A DNA stretch of 64,000 nt from Myxococcales bacterium (GCA_022563535.1 JADFNE010000020.1:4040-68039), one strand, 5' to 3'; positions 1 through 10,096 are shown, counted from the stretch's first letter. Translations and numbers: made by a program. The notes: generated by a model not told the origin, from the letters alone.

Positions 1-1
1 C

Positions 2-400
2 CCGGCGACCCTGGCCAAGATCGCCGATGGCTCGGTGCCCAAGGGGGACGTTCTCGCAACCGCACGACTGGCCGGCATTCAGGCGGCAAAACGAACCGGC
101 GAATGGATTCCCCTTGCGCATCCGCTGCCGCTAGATTCTGTGGAGGTTTCGCTGACTCCAAACCTCGACGGTACAGCGCTCCTGATCGAAGCGCGTGCCG
201 AGACCCATTGGCGCACCGGCGTAGAGATGGAGGCAATGGTCGCCGCAAGTGCCGCTGGGCTAACGGTCTATGACATGTGCAAGGCGATCGATCGAAACAT
301 CAGCCTGCAGTCCCTGCGCTTGATTCACAAAAGTGGTGGCAAGAGCGGGACCTGGACTCGACCCGGCGAAAGCGAACCGAAAACTGGAAAAATCGCGTGA
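2..400 (+). CDS. moaC: Cyclic pyranopterin monophosphate synthase MoaC, C-terminal part (5' end lies outside the window)
   Basis: This frame is open from the window edge. The translation ...KGDVLATARLAGIQAAKRTGEWIPLAHPLPL...HWRTGVEMEAMVAASAAGLTVYDMCKAIDR matches the conserved MoaC core. The ORF-track start at 35 is an internal GTG. Confidence 0.85.
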   Translation, partial: PATLAKIADGSVPKGDVLATARLAGIQAAKRTGEWIPLAHPLPLDSVEVSLTPNLDGTALLIEARAETHWRTGVEMEAMVAASAAGLTVYDMCKAIDRNISLQSLRLIHKSGGKSGTWTRPGESEPKTGKIA

Positions 401-480
401 AATCAGAAAAGTCACTGACTCTCAATGCCCCTGTGGAACCAGAAGACTCCGAACGGTTTCTGTCTGAGAAGAGGCAGTCG

Positions 481-1149
481 ATGATCTATGAAATCGTAGA
501 AAGGGGGCCCGCCGCCCAGGCAAGCATGGGGCTGAGTAGCGAGGCGGGATCGCGCATGGTCATTGATGACCCGGACCGCGAGTTGGTGCTGCGCTGGCAG
601 GGCGGGGACGAGAGCGCGTTCGAGGTTCTCGTCGAACGTCATCAGCGTCGCGTGTTTCGCCTGCTCATGCGCATGATGGGCACGCGAGAAGAAGCAGAAG
701 ACGTTTCTCAGGAGACCTTCTTAAGTCTGCATCGGCATGGCAAGCGTTTTCGCAGCGAAGCGAGATTTTCAACCTTCGTCTACCGCGTCGCGGCCAACGC
801 GGCGCTCAATCGTCGACGCACATTGGGTCGCGCTCGAGCACGAATCGATCGCTTGGCCGTGCGCCAAGCCGGTGGAGACAACCTTCCCTATTCCCCGCGC
901 GATCCAGAGGATGCAGCACTTGGCAACGAGCTCTCTGCGCGCGTTCGTACTGCTCTGCAACATCTCACTCCTTCCTTGCGGATGCCCGTCGTGCTGTACG
1001 ACATAGAGGGTCTCGCATACGGCGAAATCGCAGAAATTCTCGGCGTCGCCGAGGGCACCATCAAGTCGAGAATCCACCGAGCTCGCAAGGCGCTTCGCGA
1101 AGAGCTTCGAAGCGCACTCGGGAAAAGCGGCGAGGTCAATTCCCAGTGA
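481..1149 (+). CDS. ECF-type RNA polymerase sigma-70 family factor
   Basis: Region 2 (LVERHQRRVFRLLMRMMG..EEAEDVSQETFLSLHRH..FSTFVYRVAANAALNRRR) and the region 4 HTH (YGEIAEILGVAEGTIKSRIHRARKALR) are both present. The ORF-track start at 277 overlaps moaC. The first ATG after the moaC stop is 481 (alternative 526). Confidence 0.85.
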   Translation: MIYEIVERGPAAQASMGLSSEAGSRMVIDDPDRELVLRWQGGDESAFEVLVERHQRRVFRLLMRMMGTREEAEDVSQETFLSLHRHGKRFRSEARFSTFVYRVAANAALNRRRTLGRARARIDRLAVRQAGGDNLPYSPRDPEDAALGNELSARVRTALQHLTPSLRMPVVLYDIEGLAYGEIAEILGVAEGTIKSRIHRARKALREELRSALGKSGEVNSQ

Positions 1150-2276
1150 ATCACTCCGGCATCCAAGCGCGAATGGCCGACTATCTCGACGGCGAACTCT
1201 CGCTCGACTCGCGAGCGTTGTTCGACGCTCATCTCGATCAGTGTGAACCATGCAGTCATGAACTCGCCGAAATTCGCGACACGATCCGCTTGCTGCGAAC
1301 ACTCCCCAACCCAGAGCCGCCCGTGGACCTGGTGAGCAACGTGATGCAGCGCATCGCCGACGGGGAAGGGCAATCGGATTGGTTGGGTCGTGTGCTGGAT
1401 CGGTTGTCGCGGTGGGTCGTGCCCAATATTGCGATTCCCGTGACGGCGGTCGCCGCGGCGCTGATCCTTACCGTGATCACCGGGGATCTGAACCTCGGGA
1501 CGTTGGATTTTCGCCGGGCGTCGACCGGCCCCGCCCTTGCGTCAAATCCCCGGACCGTCACACCCGATGTCCCCCAGAACCAGGCGTCGCCCAGCGCCCT
1601 GCCCCTCGCGCCGGGCAGTCGGCAGCCCCGAGTGCTTGCTGCGGATCAGGTCCAACTCGCCGAGACACTTCCGCGGTTGCGGCTCGACTCCGAGACTGGC
1701 GCCGGCCCGTTCCTATTCCGAGTCGCCATCGATCAACGCGGCCCGATTCAGCTCCGACCGGGACAAGGCGATGCTGCCGGTAATATGTTTCGTGTCAGCA
1801 ACCCAACGGTGGCGGGTCCGTTTCGCCAAGCTTTCGCGGCACCTTCATTCACGGTGACCCCTGGCGGTTTCGGACTCGGCACGACGGTGGCGCGGCAGAA
1901 TTTCGGCTCGGGACGCGATCGCGGTATCACGCCGGTTGCCGTTTCGCGCATCACACCTGTTCCCAGCGGCGGTGAGGAAGGCCTTTCACTGGAAGGGCGC
2001 AGGCTTCGAGAGTTGGACGCACGGCTCCGAATGCTCCAGGAAGACCCACCAGGTTTCGCTCATCAGATGGCGACGGTCAGTGTGGCGGAACAGGAAATCT
2101 GGCTACGTGAGCTGGCGGCCCGCGCTGAAGAGATCGGCGATGTCGAGCGCGTGATGAGTGCACTCCAAGGCAGTGGTGACGAAGAAGCGTTGCGGCTCGC
2201 CCGGGACTTCGAGTTGGCGGTCAAGCGAAATCGCGAAAGCTGGGCTGCCGCCGAGGCACCAGCGATTTCGGATTGA
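1146..2276 (+). CDS. Anti-sigma factor (zf-HC2 N-terminus, single TM helix, Pro/Ala-rich extracytoplasmic domain)
   Basis: GTGA start/stop overlap with the sigma gene. Zinc-finger anti-sigma motif HLDQCEPCSHELAEI. One hydrophobic helix (IAIPVTAVAAALILTVITG). Confidence 0.75.
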   Translation: MNHSGIQARMADYLDGELSLDSRALFDAHLDQCEPCSHELAEIRDTIRLLRTLPNPEPPVDLVSNVMQRIADGEGQSDWLGRVLDRLSRWVVPNIAIPVTAVAAALILTVITGDLNLGTLDFRRASTGPALASNPRTVTPDVPQNQASPSALPLAPGSRQPRVLAADQVQLAETLPRLRLDSETGAGPFLFRVAIDQRGPIQLRPGQGDAAGNMFRVSNPTVAGPFRQAFAAPSFTVTPGGFGLGTTVARQNFGSGRDRGITPVAVSRITPVPSGGEEGLSLEGRRLRELDARLRMLQEDPPGFAHQMATVSVAEQEIWLRELAARAEEIGDVERVMSALQGSGDEEALRLARDFELAVKRNRESWAAAEAPAISD

Positions 2277-3607
2277 GAACGCGCCGCCGTCGCTGTTCCA
2301 TTGTCTTAGCATCCACACCCATCGTGAAGTGGCGCCGAACGAACGTCCGCAGCGCGGTTGTTTTGTTCCTGTGTCTGGTGTTTCCGTGTCTGGCATCGAG
2401 CGGATCTGCCCAGAACGACGCACTGGAAGCGGAGATGCACGAGCCTGAGGTCCCCGAGGTCATAGACATGGCCCCCGACCAGGCGGTGGGTTGGAGTCTT
2501 CGCAACGTCGCTGCACCGATGGGCGCAATTTTTCAAGGTGGTTTCGATTACTGGTACGCAGAGAGAACGATCGAAATCGACACGACTCCTTCCGGTGGTT
2601 TTGTCGATCTGTTCTATGTCCGCCGCAACTTTCAAAAACGCTTCGAACAAGCTCAGGCGCCCGTCACAATATTGTTACCTCCGCGTATCAAGGCAGGACC
2701 CCGCGACGCCCTGATCGTTCGGGCGTTTCGGGAGGGGTATAGACAACAGAGCGTGACGATCCCCGTGAAGTCGCGTCAAACCGAGTTGGTGATCAATTTG
2801 GAGCCGCTCCCGAACACCCTCGAGGCGGTGGCTCATCGCTATTTTGGTGGCCGCTCGACCCTGGTCTTCCTCACGACCGAGTCTCCGACGTTTCGCGTAC
2901 AGGAAAAACCGGACGGATTTGGCCTGATTCTCAGCGAGACCGCGAAGACCGCCGAGGCCGCTGCGTCGATCGAGGGCGTGACGAGTCCCATGATTGCCAG
3001 TGCGGTGGCCCAGCAGATTGGCGAAGACCTGGTCATCAGCGCGAAGTTTGCCGACGGTCAGAAGATTGAATTGCGATCGCGGCTTTCTCATGACGCGGCC
3101 CGTGGGCTCTACGAATTCAGTCTCGATCTGCGGCCCGCTGCGGGCCTCGCGGACGCTGTCGCAGCCGCACAGGAAGCGCTCCGCCGTTTGAAACCCGAGC
3201 ACGTATCGAACTGCAATTTGACCTTCGATCGCAGATTGCATTCGCTACTCGAGATTGGGGCACTCACGCGAGCATTGGCGCCGAGGGGCGCGTTCACCGA
3301 CCCCTACGTGCGCGCCGCCATGCGCCGCCTCGGCGAAGTTTCACCCCACGATGGCGCCGTGCATTTTGCCGCTGGCGCCGCCTATCGGCCCGAGGTGCCG
3401 ATCGAACTCGAGGCTGCGTTGAGCCAGGCGGCGGAGGCCAGCGGGTTCCTCGCGTTGCTGCGGCAGTTCGTGGTTGAACTCGAGACTTCGCAGCATCGTC
3501 GCGAGACCTTCCGCAGCCTGGTGGCCCCGGAATTGGATCCGATGAGCTTTGACGTCATCATGGACAAGGCGGAAGCAAGCGAGCGCGACTGCGCGGCCAC
3601 ACTCTGA
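2273..3607 (+). CDS. Secreted hypothetical protein, third gene of the ECF sigma operon (PEGA-like segment)
   Basis: TTGA overlap with the anti-sigma stop (alternative GTG at 2327). Signal-peptide-like VVLFLCLVFPCLASSGSAQ. The segment IEIDTTPSGGFVDLFYV...REGYRQQSVTIPV resembles a PEGA beta-sandwich. I recognise no family for the rest. Confidence 0.6.
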   Translation: MRTRRRRCSIVLASTPIVKWRRTNVRSAVVLFLCLVFPCLASSGSAQNDALEAEMHEPEVPEVIDMAPDQAVGWSLRNVAAPMGAIFQGGFDYWYAERTIEIDTTPSGGFVDLFYVRRNFQKRFEQAQAPVTILLPPRIKAGPRDALIVRAFREGYRQQSVTIPVKSRQTELVINLEPLPNTLEAVAHRYFGGRSTLVFLTTESPTFRVQEKPDGFGLILSETAKTAEAAASIEGVTSPMIASAVAQQIGEDLVISAKFADGQKIELRSRLSHDAARGLYEFSLDLRPAAGLADAVAAAQEALRRLKPEHVSNCNLTFDRRLHSLLEIGALTRALAPRGAFTDPYVRAAMRRLGEVSPHDGAVHFAAGAAYRPEVPIELEAALSQAAEASGFLALLRQFVVELETSQHRRETFRSLVAPELDPMSFDVIMDKAEASERDCAATL

Positions 3608-3723
3608 CATCACCTGATCATGACCGAGTGCGCGACTCTCGACTCCTCGATTGAGCTCGACCGATGCAAACACGGTTGGAGCCGCTAACCTAACCGCGCG
3701 CCCGGTCCCGCGGAGCCATCTGC

Positions 3724-4524
3724 ATGACCGTGTTCGCCGACCTTCCGACCGATTGCCCCAGCGACTCGCCCGAAACTTCGAACGTACTCGAGTCCGCTCG
3801 CGATCTTTCCCATAATTACCGCCACGACCTTCCCCGCGAGCGTTTGCGTGCGCTGGGTGCCGAGGCGCTTGCCGATGCCGAGCTCGTTGCCCTCTTCCTG
3901 CGAACCGGGGGTGCCGGCAGAGATGCCCTCTCGCTCGCACGCTCGTTGCTCGCACGCTCTCGAGGATTGGCCGGCCTTACTCGCGTAACGTCCGCCACGA
4001 GTCGTGATTTATCGGGACTCGGCCCGGCCAAGCTCGCGAGTCTCGCAGCCGCAATTGAGTTGGGCCGGCGACTCCACGGGCGACGACTGGCCCCCGGCGA
4101 GCGCATGGGTGGGCCCGAAGAAATCTACCGTCATTTTCATCCTCGCCTGCGCGACTGCGAGCACGAACTCTTCATCGTGATCTTGTTGGATAGTCGACAC
4201 CGGATGCTGCGTGAGGAGAAAATTTCGCAAGGCACCCTTACCGCCAGCCTGGTGCACCCGCGCGAAGTGTTTCGCTCGGCGGTCCGCGACTCTGCGGCGG
4301 CAATGGTGCTGGTACACAACCACCCGAGCGGTGATCCGACGCCGAGCGCTGAAGACCGCGAGGTGACCCAGCGCCTAGCCAAAGCGGGGCGCATCATGGG
4401 TATTCGGATCCTGGACCACGTGGTGGTGGCCGAACGGGGTTACTTCAGCTTCTGCGAGGCCGGCGAACTTGCAAAGTCCCCCAGGGGCACCGGACTGGCA
4501 CCAAGTTTTGACACTGAAAACTAA
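3724..4524 (+). CDS. radC: RadC-like JAB/MPN domain protein (UPF0758)
   Basis: JAB motif LVHNHPSGDPTPSAEDREVTQRL and the upstream ELVALFLRTGGAGRDALSLARSLL segment are typical of RadC. Confidence 0.85.
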   Translation: MTVFADLPTDCPSDSPETSNVLESARDLSHNYRHDLPRERLRALGAEALADAELVALFLRTGGAGRDALSLARSLLARSRGLAGLTRVTSATSRDLSGLGPAKLASLAAAIELGRRLHGRRLAPGERMGGPEEIYRHFHPRLRDCEHELFIVILLDSRHRMLREEKISQGTLTASLVHPREVFRSAVRDSAAAMVLVHNHPSGDPTPSAEDREVTQRLAKAGRIMGIRILDHVVVAERGYFSFCEAGELAKSPRGTGLAPSFDTEN

Positions 4525-4634
4525 TGACCCTCGCATGCTTAGTCGAAGAATGTTTCTGAGGACTTGTCTCGAACGGCCGCGAGTGGCTCCGAAACACGAG
4601 CGGTCAGTAGTAGTGGGCAGGAAGGGCAACAGCG

Positions 4635-5006
4635 ATGTCGAAAGTGAGTATTGAAGATGCCGAGATGGATGACAGCGAGCGCCGGCGCTCCGGTCGTTCA
4701 GATCTACTTGTTCGCGTCGAGTATTCCACGGTCGATGAGATTTTTTCGGAGTTCACTCGGGACATCAACGAAGGCGGGCTCTTCATCGAAACCGAAAAGC
4801 CGCGTCCGACCGGGACCGAGGTTTCGCTTCGCTTCAACCTCCCGGGGAACGTAGCGCCGATGCAGACCGTCGGTCGTGTGGTCTGGGTGCGAAGCGCGAC
4901 CGATCAGGAACCGGCGGGAATGGGAATCGAGTTCGACGAGTTGACGGACGAGGATCGCGACCGCATCAACGGCATGGTTCGGTCCCTGCGAAACGGCCCG
5001 AGCTAA
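4635..5006 (+). CDS. PilZ domain protein (putative c-di-GMP receptor)
   Basis: RxxxR-type motif (RRSGR) followed by DINEGG (DxSxxG-like, with S replaced by N), then a beta-barrel-like remainder ending GMGIEFDEL. Confidence 0.75.
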   Translation: MSKVSIEDAEMDDSERRRSGRSDLLVRVEYSTVDEIFSEFTRDINEGGLFIETEKPRPTGTEVSLRFNLPGNVAPMQTVGRVVWVRSATDQEPAGMGIEFDELTDEDRDRINGMVRSLRNGPS

Positions 5007-5039
5007 TCTACCCCGCTCTAGCAGCCCGTTGAAATATCC

Positions 5040-5078
5040 CAAAGAAAAGCCCCGACCGGGATTCCCCAGGTCAGGGCT
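5040..5078 (-). terminator. Candidate rho-independent terminator downstream of ssb (also between the convergent PilZ gene and ssb)
   Basis: Hairpin AGCCCCGACC-(11 nt loop)-GGTCAGGGCT at 5048-5078, 10 bp with one mismatch. On the minus strand it is followed by TTTTCTTT (5040-5047). Confidence 0.5.
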
Positions 5079-5133
5079 CGTCGAATGACTGACGGGCTAC
5101 CCCGTAGAGATGCCTGTATCTCCGTTCAGATCA

Positions 5134-5589
5134 CTAGAATGGAATGCCGCCATCGTCTGGAGGCGGGCCGCCGGAGCTATTGCCGGCATCGTCGCCCCTC
5201 GCTCCTCCACCGGGTCCGCCACTGGTTCCCCCCGCAGTACCTCCGCCGCTATCGCCTCGCGGACCGCCCAGGAACTGAACCGTGGTCGCGTTGATTTCGG
5301 TGGTTTGACGCTTCACGCCTTCTTTGTCTTCCCATTCCCGCGTCTGGAGCCGGCCCTCGATATAGACCGTGCGTCCCTTGGACAAGTACTGGGCGCACAG
5401 TTCTGCCGTCTTGGCCCAGGCCACGATGCGATGCCATTCGGTTTTATCGACGCGTTCGCCATTCTTGTCCGTCCAGGTTTCGCTGGTGGCCAGTGAAAAG
5501 TTGACGACCGCCTGACCGTTCTGCGTGTAGCGTAGTTCCGGGTCGCGCCCGAGATTGCCAATGAGAATTACTTTGTTGACACCTGCCAT
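5134..5589 (-). CDS. ssb: Single-stranded DNA-binding protein
   Basis: OB-fold start [48 protein letters not shown]. Gly-rich tail ending DDGGIPF. ATG at 5589. The 96 upstream codons in the ORF track are not SSB-like. Confidence 0.9.
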   Translation of the reverse strand: MAGVNKVILIGNLGRDPELRYTQNGQAVVNFSLATSETWTDKNGERVDKTEWHRIVAWAKTAELCAQYLSKGRTVYIEGRLQTREWEDKEGVKRQTTEINATTVQFLGGPRGDSGGGTAGGTSGGPGGGARGDDAGNSSGGPPPDDGGIPF

Positions 5590-5981
5590 GTTGATCTCCG
5601 TCGGGACGTTCTGGGGGGAAATGTTGCGACCATGATTCCGTCCGAAACCTCGCACGTCAAGAGATTTGGACGGACGATTTCGAGAGCATTCGGCGGCGGG
5701 CGGGTCCGAAATCGTTGTGAATCGCAGTACGCTGTTTTGCGGTCGAGTGCCAATCGCGAGACCGATCGCCGCAAGCCGAGCCTCCACCTTGGAGCTGGGT
5801 AGTGCGGTTCGATCCTCCGGGGGCGAGCAGGTGGTGTAGATCGGCTTTGGCAGGCTGCTCAATTCTCTGCCTCTCAATTTCGCTTCGCGATGGCGTTCTC
5901 ATCCCTGTCCGATTAACCTCTGGACGTAGTTTCCTTTCCGGGGGGTGAGGGATCCATGGTCTTCCAATACTTCGGCTCTTT

Positions 5982-6017
5982 GAAGCCGCTGAAGCCGACA
6001 AAGCCGACAAAACCCGT
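5982..6017. repeat. Four degenerate 9-bp tandem units (GAAGCCGCT GAAGCCGAC AAAGCCGAC AAAACCCGT) in the ssb/ftsK divergent intergenic region
   Basis: Read directly from the sequence. Confidence 0.7.
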
Positions 6018-6085
6018 TCGTTTGGCGACAAGACCCAGCCTCCTCGGCGCGGGCGGCGCCCCAGCGCGGATCCTGGTGAACGGCC

Positions 6086-8563
6086 ATGGCTAGGGCGCGA
6101 TCCAAAAAGAAGGCTGCGGCCGGCGCAAGTACGTATGTCGCGCGAGTCACCAGTGAGGCGGCTGGCCTGGTGCTGGTGGGTTTTGGTTTGGTCGCTGCGT
6201 TGGCGCTCGGTACGTATTCTCCCGCCGATCCGATTTTTGCAATCGGCGAAGTGCACAATCGCATTGGGCCCCTGGGGGCCATGATCGCCGGATCGTTGAT
6301 CGGCCTGCTCGGCTACGGGGCGGGTATTGTGGTGGCTGCCGCCGCCTGGCTCGGCGGCCGGCTCCTGCTCGGGCACGGGATCCCAGAGGCGCGATCGCGT
6401 TTCTGGCCCAGCGGGATCCTGTTGTTGCTCGGCGCAACGACGCTTCCGTTGATCCTCCATCACCTGGCACCGGGGCGACTCGGGGCGCCGCTGGCCGGTC
6501 GCTTCGGCGAATTCCTGGTGTCCGGCGAAGAGATCTTGCTGGGAGAATGGGGTGCACTGCTGATCAGTTCCCTGATCCTGGTGCTCGGCGTACTGGGGTT
6601 GTTCGGAATTTCCGCGGGTAGGGCGCTGGCGGCCACGGCAACGGGATCCGCGTACGCCGGGCGCTATGCGGCCGACGCACTCGTTATATCGGCTGTGGCG
6701 GTCAAGCGCGTGCTGGAACCGATCGGAGCCGGGCTGGCGGGTTTTGCGAATTCGTTGGGTGAGCGCGTGAGTCGCCTGTCTCTGCGCGATGCGAGGCGCA
6801 ACCGGCGCCGGGTCGATGCGGACGGGGACCCGCAGTGGGCGACGGACGAGGAAGCCGACGAAGCGAGCGAGTCAGAGTGGGAAGACGACGAGGAGGAAGA
6901 GGAAGGCGACTGGGAGTACGAGGACGAAGAGGAGGAAGAAGACGCAGAACAAGCCCCGTCCCGCAACCGTAAAGCGTCCGAAGCTCCCTTCATTGTCGAC
7001 CACGATCGCGAACGGGAAGTAAACAAGAAGCCGAGCCAGGAAGCCTTCGAATTCAACGAAGACGGTCCCCACGGTCCGTATCAACATCCAGACATTTCGA
7101 TCTTTCATCGCCCGACCAAGATCGATTTGCAATTCGACCGCGACAGCCTGTTGATGAACTCGCGCATCCTCGAAAAGAAGCTGCTGGACTTTGGGGTCGA
7201 GGGACGGGTGGTTCGGGTGCATCCGGGCCCTGTGATCACGATGTACGAGTACGAACCCGGGCCGGGGGTCAAGGTCAACCGGATCGTCAATTTGACCGAC
7301 GATCTCGCGATGGCGTTGCGGGCAATTTCAATCCGAATCATTGCGCCGCTACCGGGCAAGTCCGTGGTGGGGATCGAGATTCCCAATGCCGAACGCGAAA
7401 CCGTGTATCTCCACCTGCTGCTCGATTCGGAAGCGTTTCGCAACAGCAAGTCTCCGCTCGAAGTCGCGATGGGGCACGACATCTTTGGCAACCCCGTCAC
7501 CTCGGACCTTGCGCGCATGCCGCATCTTCTGGTCGCGGGTGCGACCGGCACCGGGAAGAGCGTGTTTCTCAACGCCTTCCTGTGTTCGCTTCTGTGTCGG
7601 GCACGTCCCGATGAACTCAAACTTCTGCTCATCGATCCCAAGCTGCTCGAGCTGTCGGTCTACGAAGGGATTCCACATCTGATTGCCGACGTGGTCACGA
7701 GCCCCAAACGGGCCGCTGCGGCCCTTCAGGCGATCGTGCGCAAGATGGAAGACCGCTACCAACGCATGAGCGCGCTGCGAGTTCGCAATATCGTCCAGTT
7801 CAACGACAAGGTCGAAAGCGAGCTTGCCGCCGGCAATGAGACCTATCGCTTGCGAGCCAAGCCCGGCGAAGACGAAGGCGAAGAAGTCCGCTTCGAAAAG
7901 CTTCCGTACATCGTCGTGGTGATCGACGAACTCGCCGATCTCATGGTGATGGCGGCCAAAGACGTTGAAGAGTCCCTGCAGCGCCTCGCCCAGATGGCAC
8001 GGGCCGCAGGTATTCATCTAGTCCTCGCGACCCAGCGGCCGAGCGTCGACGTCCTGACCGGTGTCATCAAAGCCAATTTCCCCTCGCGGGTTTCGTTCCA
8101 GGTCTCCTCGGGGATCGATTCGAGAACGGTGCTCGATCAAAAGGGCGCGGAGAATCTTCTCGGCAATGGCGACATGCTCTTCATTCCGCCGGGTACATCG
8201 GTGGTGCGGCGCCTCCACGGTGCCTTCATCACCGAAAAAGAAGTCAATGAGCTGGTTGCCCACCTGCGCGACCAGGGGAAGCCCGTGTTTGATCAAGATC
8301 TAGTCAACATCCAATTTGAAACCGAATCTACAGATCGTTCGTCTAACGAAGATGTCGATGAAATGTTCGATCAAGCGGTCGCAATCGTGGTTGAGACTCG
8401 CAATGCCTCCATTTCCTACATCCAGCGGCGCCTCAAGGTCGGTTACAACCGAGCTGCGCGCATCATTGAAGAAATGGAGAACCAGGGGATGGTGGGTCCT
8501 CAGGTGGGAACGCGCTCCCGCGATGTATTTCTCCCCAGCGCCGATGCCGATCAATACGAATAA
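6086..8563 (+). CDS. ftsK: DNA translocase FtsK
   Basis: N-terminal TM helices, an acidic linker (EWEDDEEEEEGDWEYEDEEEEEDAE), a motor domain with Walker A GATGTGKS, and a C-terminal gamma winged helix (ISYIQRRLKVGYNRAARIIEEME). Confidence 0.95.
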   Translation: MARARSKKKAAAGASTYVARVTSEAAGLVLVGFGLVAALALGTYSPADPIFAIGEVHNRIGPLGAMIAGSLIGLLGYGAGIVVAAAAWLGGRLLLGHGIPEARSRFWPSGILLLLGATTLPLILHHLAPGRLGAPLAGRFGEFLVSGEEILLGEWGALLISSLILVLGVLGLFGISAGRALAATATGSAYAGRYAADALVISAVAVKRVLEPIGAGLAGFANSLGERVSRLSLRDARRNRRRVDADGDPQWATDEEADEASESEWEDDEEEEEGDWEYEDEEEEEDAEQAPSRNRKASEAPFIVDHDREREVNKKPSQEAFEFNEDGPHGPYQHPDISIFHRPTKIDLQFDRDSLLMNSRILEKKLLDFGVEGRVVRVHPGPVITMYEYEPGPGVKVNRIVNLTDDLAMALRAISIRIIAPLPGKSVVGIEIPNAERETVYLHLLLDSEAFRNSKSPLEVAMGHDIFGNPVTSDLARMPHLLVAGATGTGKSVFLNAFLCSLLCRARPDELKLLLIDPKLLELSVYEGIPHLIADVVTSPKRAAAALQAIVRKMEDRYQRMSALRVRNIVQFNDKVESELAAGNETYRLRAKPGEDEGEEVRFEKLPYIVVVIDELADLMVMAAKDVEESLQRLAQMARAAGIHLVLATQRPSVDVLTGVIKANFPSRVSFQVSSGIDSRTVLDQKGAENLLGNGDMLFIPPGTSVVRRLHGAFITEKEVNELVAHLRDQGKPVFDQDLVNIQFETESTDRSSNEDVDEMFDQAVAIVVETRNASISYIQRRLKVGYNRAARIIEEMENQGMVGPQVGTRSRDVFLPSADADQYE

Positions 8564-9359
8564 AAACCTCGCGCCGAGATCAACGCGGCTGCCATCGTGT
8601 TCCCGTTCTTGCGGGATACGGTCACTGCTGTCGGTGGTCGTAGCCGTTGCAGGTGTGTTCGTGCTGAGTTCTGTCGGATCGGGGTCGGAACTCGGAAACG
8701 ATGAAACGCCGTCGCGGGCTGGCTCTGCTGTGAAGCCGGTCGGAACCGAACCCTGCGCAGAACGGCTCGCGGCGGTCATTCAGGCCCACTACGAGTCCGT
8801 TGACGATTTCTCGGCGAACTTCCGACAGCGGACCCAGTCCGTCATGCTGGGCAAAGCGAGCCTCGGAGCGGATGCGCCGAGTACCGGCTTCGTTCAGTTC
8901 GCCAAGCCGGGCAAGATGCGTTGGCGCTACGAAACACCGGCAAAGAGCCTGGTGATCAGCGACGGCAAGATCCTTTGGATCTACGATCCCGAAGCCCGAG
9001 AGGCCCAGCGTCTACCGGTCACCGAGGGCTATTTGACCGGCGCGGTGCTCGAATTCTTGTTGGGGGAGGGCAAGATCCTCGACGAGTTCGAAGTCGAGGT
9101 TTCGTCTTGTGTTCCGGACGCCCAGGATGCGCTGGAACTCACACTGATTCCGAAAGAGCGCGCGAGCTACGAGTCCCTTGGACTGCGGGCCCACCGCTTG
9201 ACTGGCGAAATACTGGCCACCAGCCTGGTCGACCTGTTCGGCAACCGAACCGTCATTTCGTTTTCCGACACCCGAATCAATCTGCATCCGGATGCCTCGA
9301 CCTTCCGCTTTGAAATTCCCAGCAATGTTCAGGTCATAGACCTGGTCCCTGCGCCTTGA
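8544..9359 (+). CDS. lolA: Outer-membrane lipoprotein carrier protein LolA-like
   Basis: LolA-like core FRQRTQSVMLGK...GFVQFAKPGKMRWRYETPAKSLVISDGKILWIYDPE. Hydrophobic signal region SLLSVVVAVAGVFVL. Classical ftsK-lolA synteny. The start is uncertain: ATG 8544 overlaps the ftsK end, and the ORF-track start 8316 is rejected. Confidence 0.8.
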   Translation: MPINTNKNLAPRSTRLPSCSRSCGIRSLLSVVVAVAGVFVLSSVGSGSELGNDETPSRAGSAVKPVGTEPCAERLAAVIQAHYESVDDFSANFRQRTQSVMLGKASLGADAPSTGFVQFAKPGKMRWRYETPAKSLVISDGKILWIYDPEAREAQRLPVTEGYLTGAVLEFLLGEGKILDEFEVEVSSCVPDAQDALELTLIPKERASYESLGLRAHRLTGEILATSLVDLFGNRTVISFSDTRINLHPDASTFRFEIPSNVQVIDLVPAP

Positions 9360-9801
9360 ACCCAGTCGACGGGGTCCTCAGCTGTGCAGAATTTGTCGCA
9401 GTAGCTCGAGAGCGACACGCGGGGTGCACTGACTTGCCTTGAGTGGGCGAAATGGGTTCGCCACCGTACAAGCTGCGATGAAAATTGCAGTGCAGCTTGA
9501 ACGCAATGAACTGAGCGTTGATGATTCGACGCTCTCAGACAGAATTTCGCCGGTTCCCATGTGGAGCTGCAATAATTTGCGGCGGGAGTTGCAGACTTCT
9601 CGCGCGTTTTGTGGGGTGACAACGGAATGCGTGGTCGAGGGGGATGCGTGGAGCAGCGTACGTTTCCGATGAGCGTTTTGGTGAGGGGTCGTACGCCGAT
9701 CGCACGATATGGAACGGGAGTTCTCTTCTATAACGGCAGTTTAGCACGAACTTTGCTGCTTCACTTTGGTTGGCAGCCGGGAGATCGTGTTGATAAGATC
9801 T

Positions 9802-9819
9802 AAACTTGCAAAACTTGCA
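9802..9819. repeat. Tandem AAACTTGCA x2 (a third, degenerate unit follows)
   Basis: Read directly. Part of the TTGCA motif family in the 9360-10217 non-coding region. Confidence 0.7.
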
Positions 9820-9962
9820 AAACCTTCGGAATATCGTGGCGTTTGGTGACAACGACGCAACGGAGACCCGGGCGAGCGCGATTTGAGAGAACCCGCTCTG
9901 CGGCTGCGACATCCATCTGAGAGGAGTTGGGGTGTTCACAGTCGGACGCACAGTCTGTTCAG

Positions 9963-9992
9963 CAAGTTCGTTGCAACGAAACTTGCAATTGC
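9963..9992. promoter_or_regulatory. 23-bp near-palindrome CAAGTTCGTTGCAACGAAACTTG abutting the palindrome GCAATTGC; candidate activator (UAS) site
   Basis: The inverted symmetry was read directly (one nucleotide of asymmetry). It lies about 110-135 bp upstream of the sigma-54-type promoter at 10097-10112. Its function is inferred. Confidence 0.4.
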
Positions 9993-10096
9993 GTGCATGA
10001 ACACGCGAATATTCGAAGGCAGTTGTTCAGTAGCACCCCCCTGAACGTCCAATGCAGGAGGCAACAATGGGCAATGACGAGGCAACAAGCGTCCAG

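Noticed and set aside
5795-5845. GGTTCGATCCTCC T-loop-like string in the ssb/ftsK intergenic region
   Set aside because: No complementary T-stem or acceptor stem could be formed, so it is not a tRNA or tmRNA end.
5590-5877. N-terminal 96-codon extension of ssb in the ORF track
   Set aside because: SSB homology starts exactly at MAGVNKV (ATG 5589). The upstream part has no SSB-like sequence and lies in the divergent intergenic region.
8316-8543. Upstream extension of the lolA ORF overlapping the ftsK 3' end
   Set aside because: It overlaps the conserved FtsK gamma domain in another frame. The LolA signal region begins after 8544.
9535-9951. 138-aa minus-strand ORF (and 64-77-aa ORFs) inside the long lolA-mpa intergenic region
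   Set aside because: No motifs, atypical composition, no SD-like sequence seen. Kept only as part of the non-coding-region finding.
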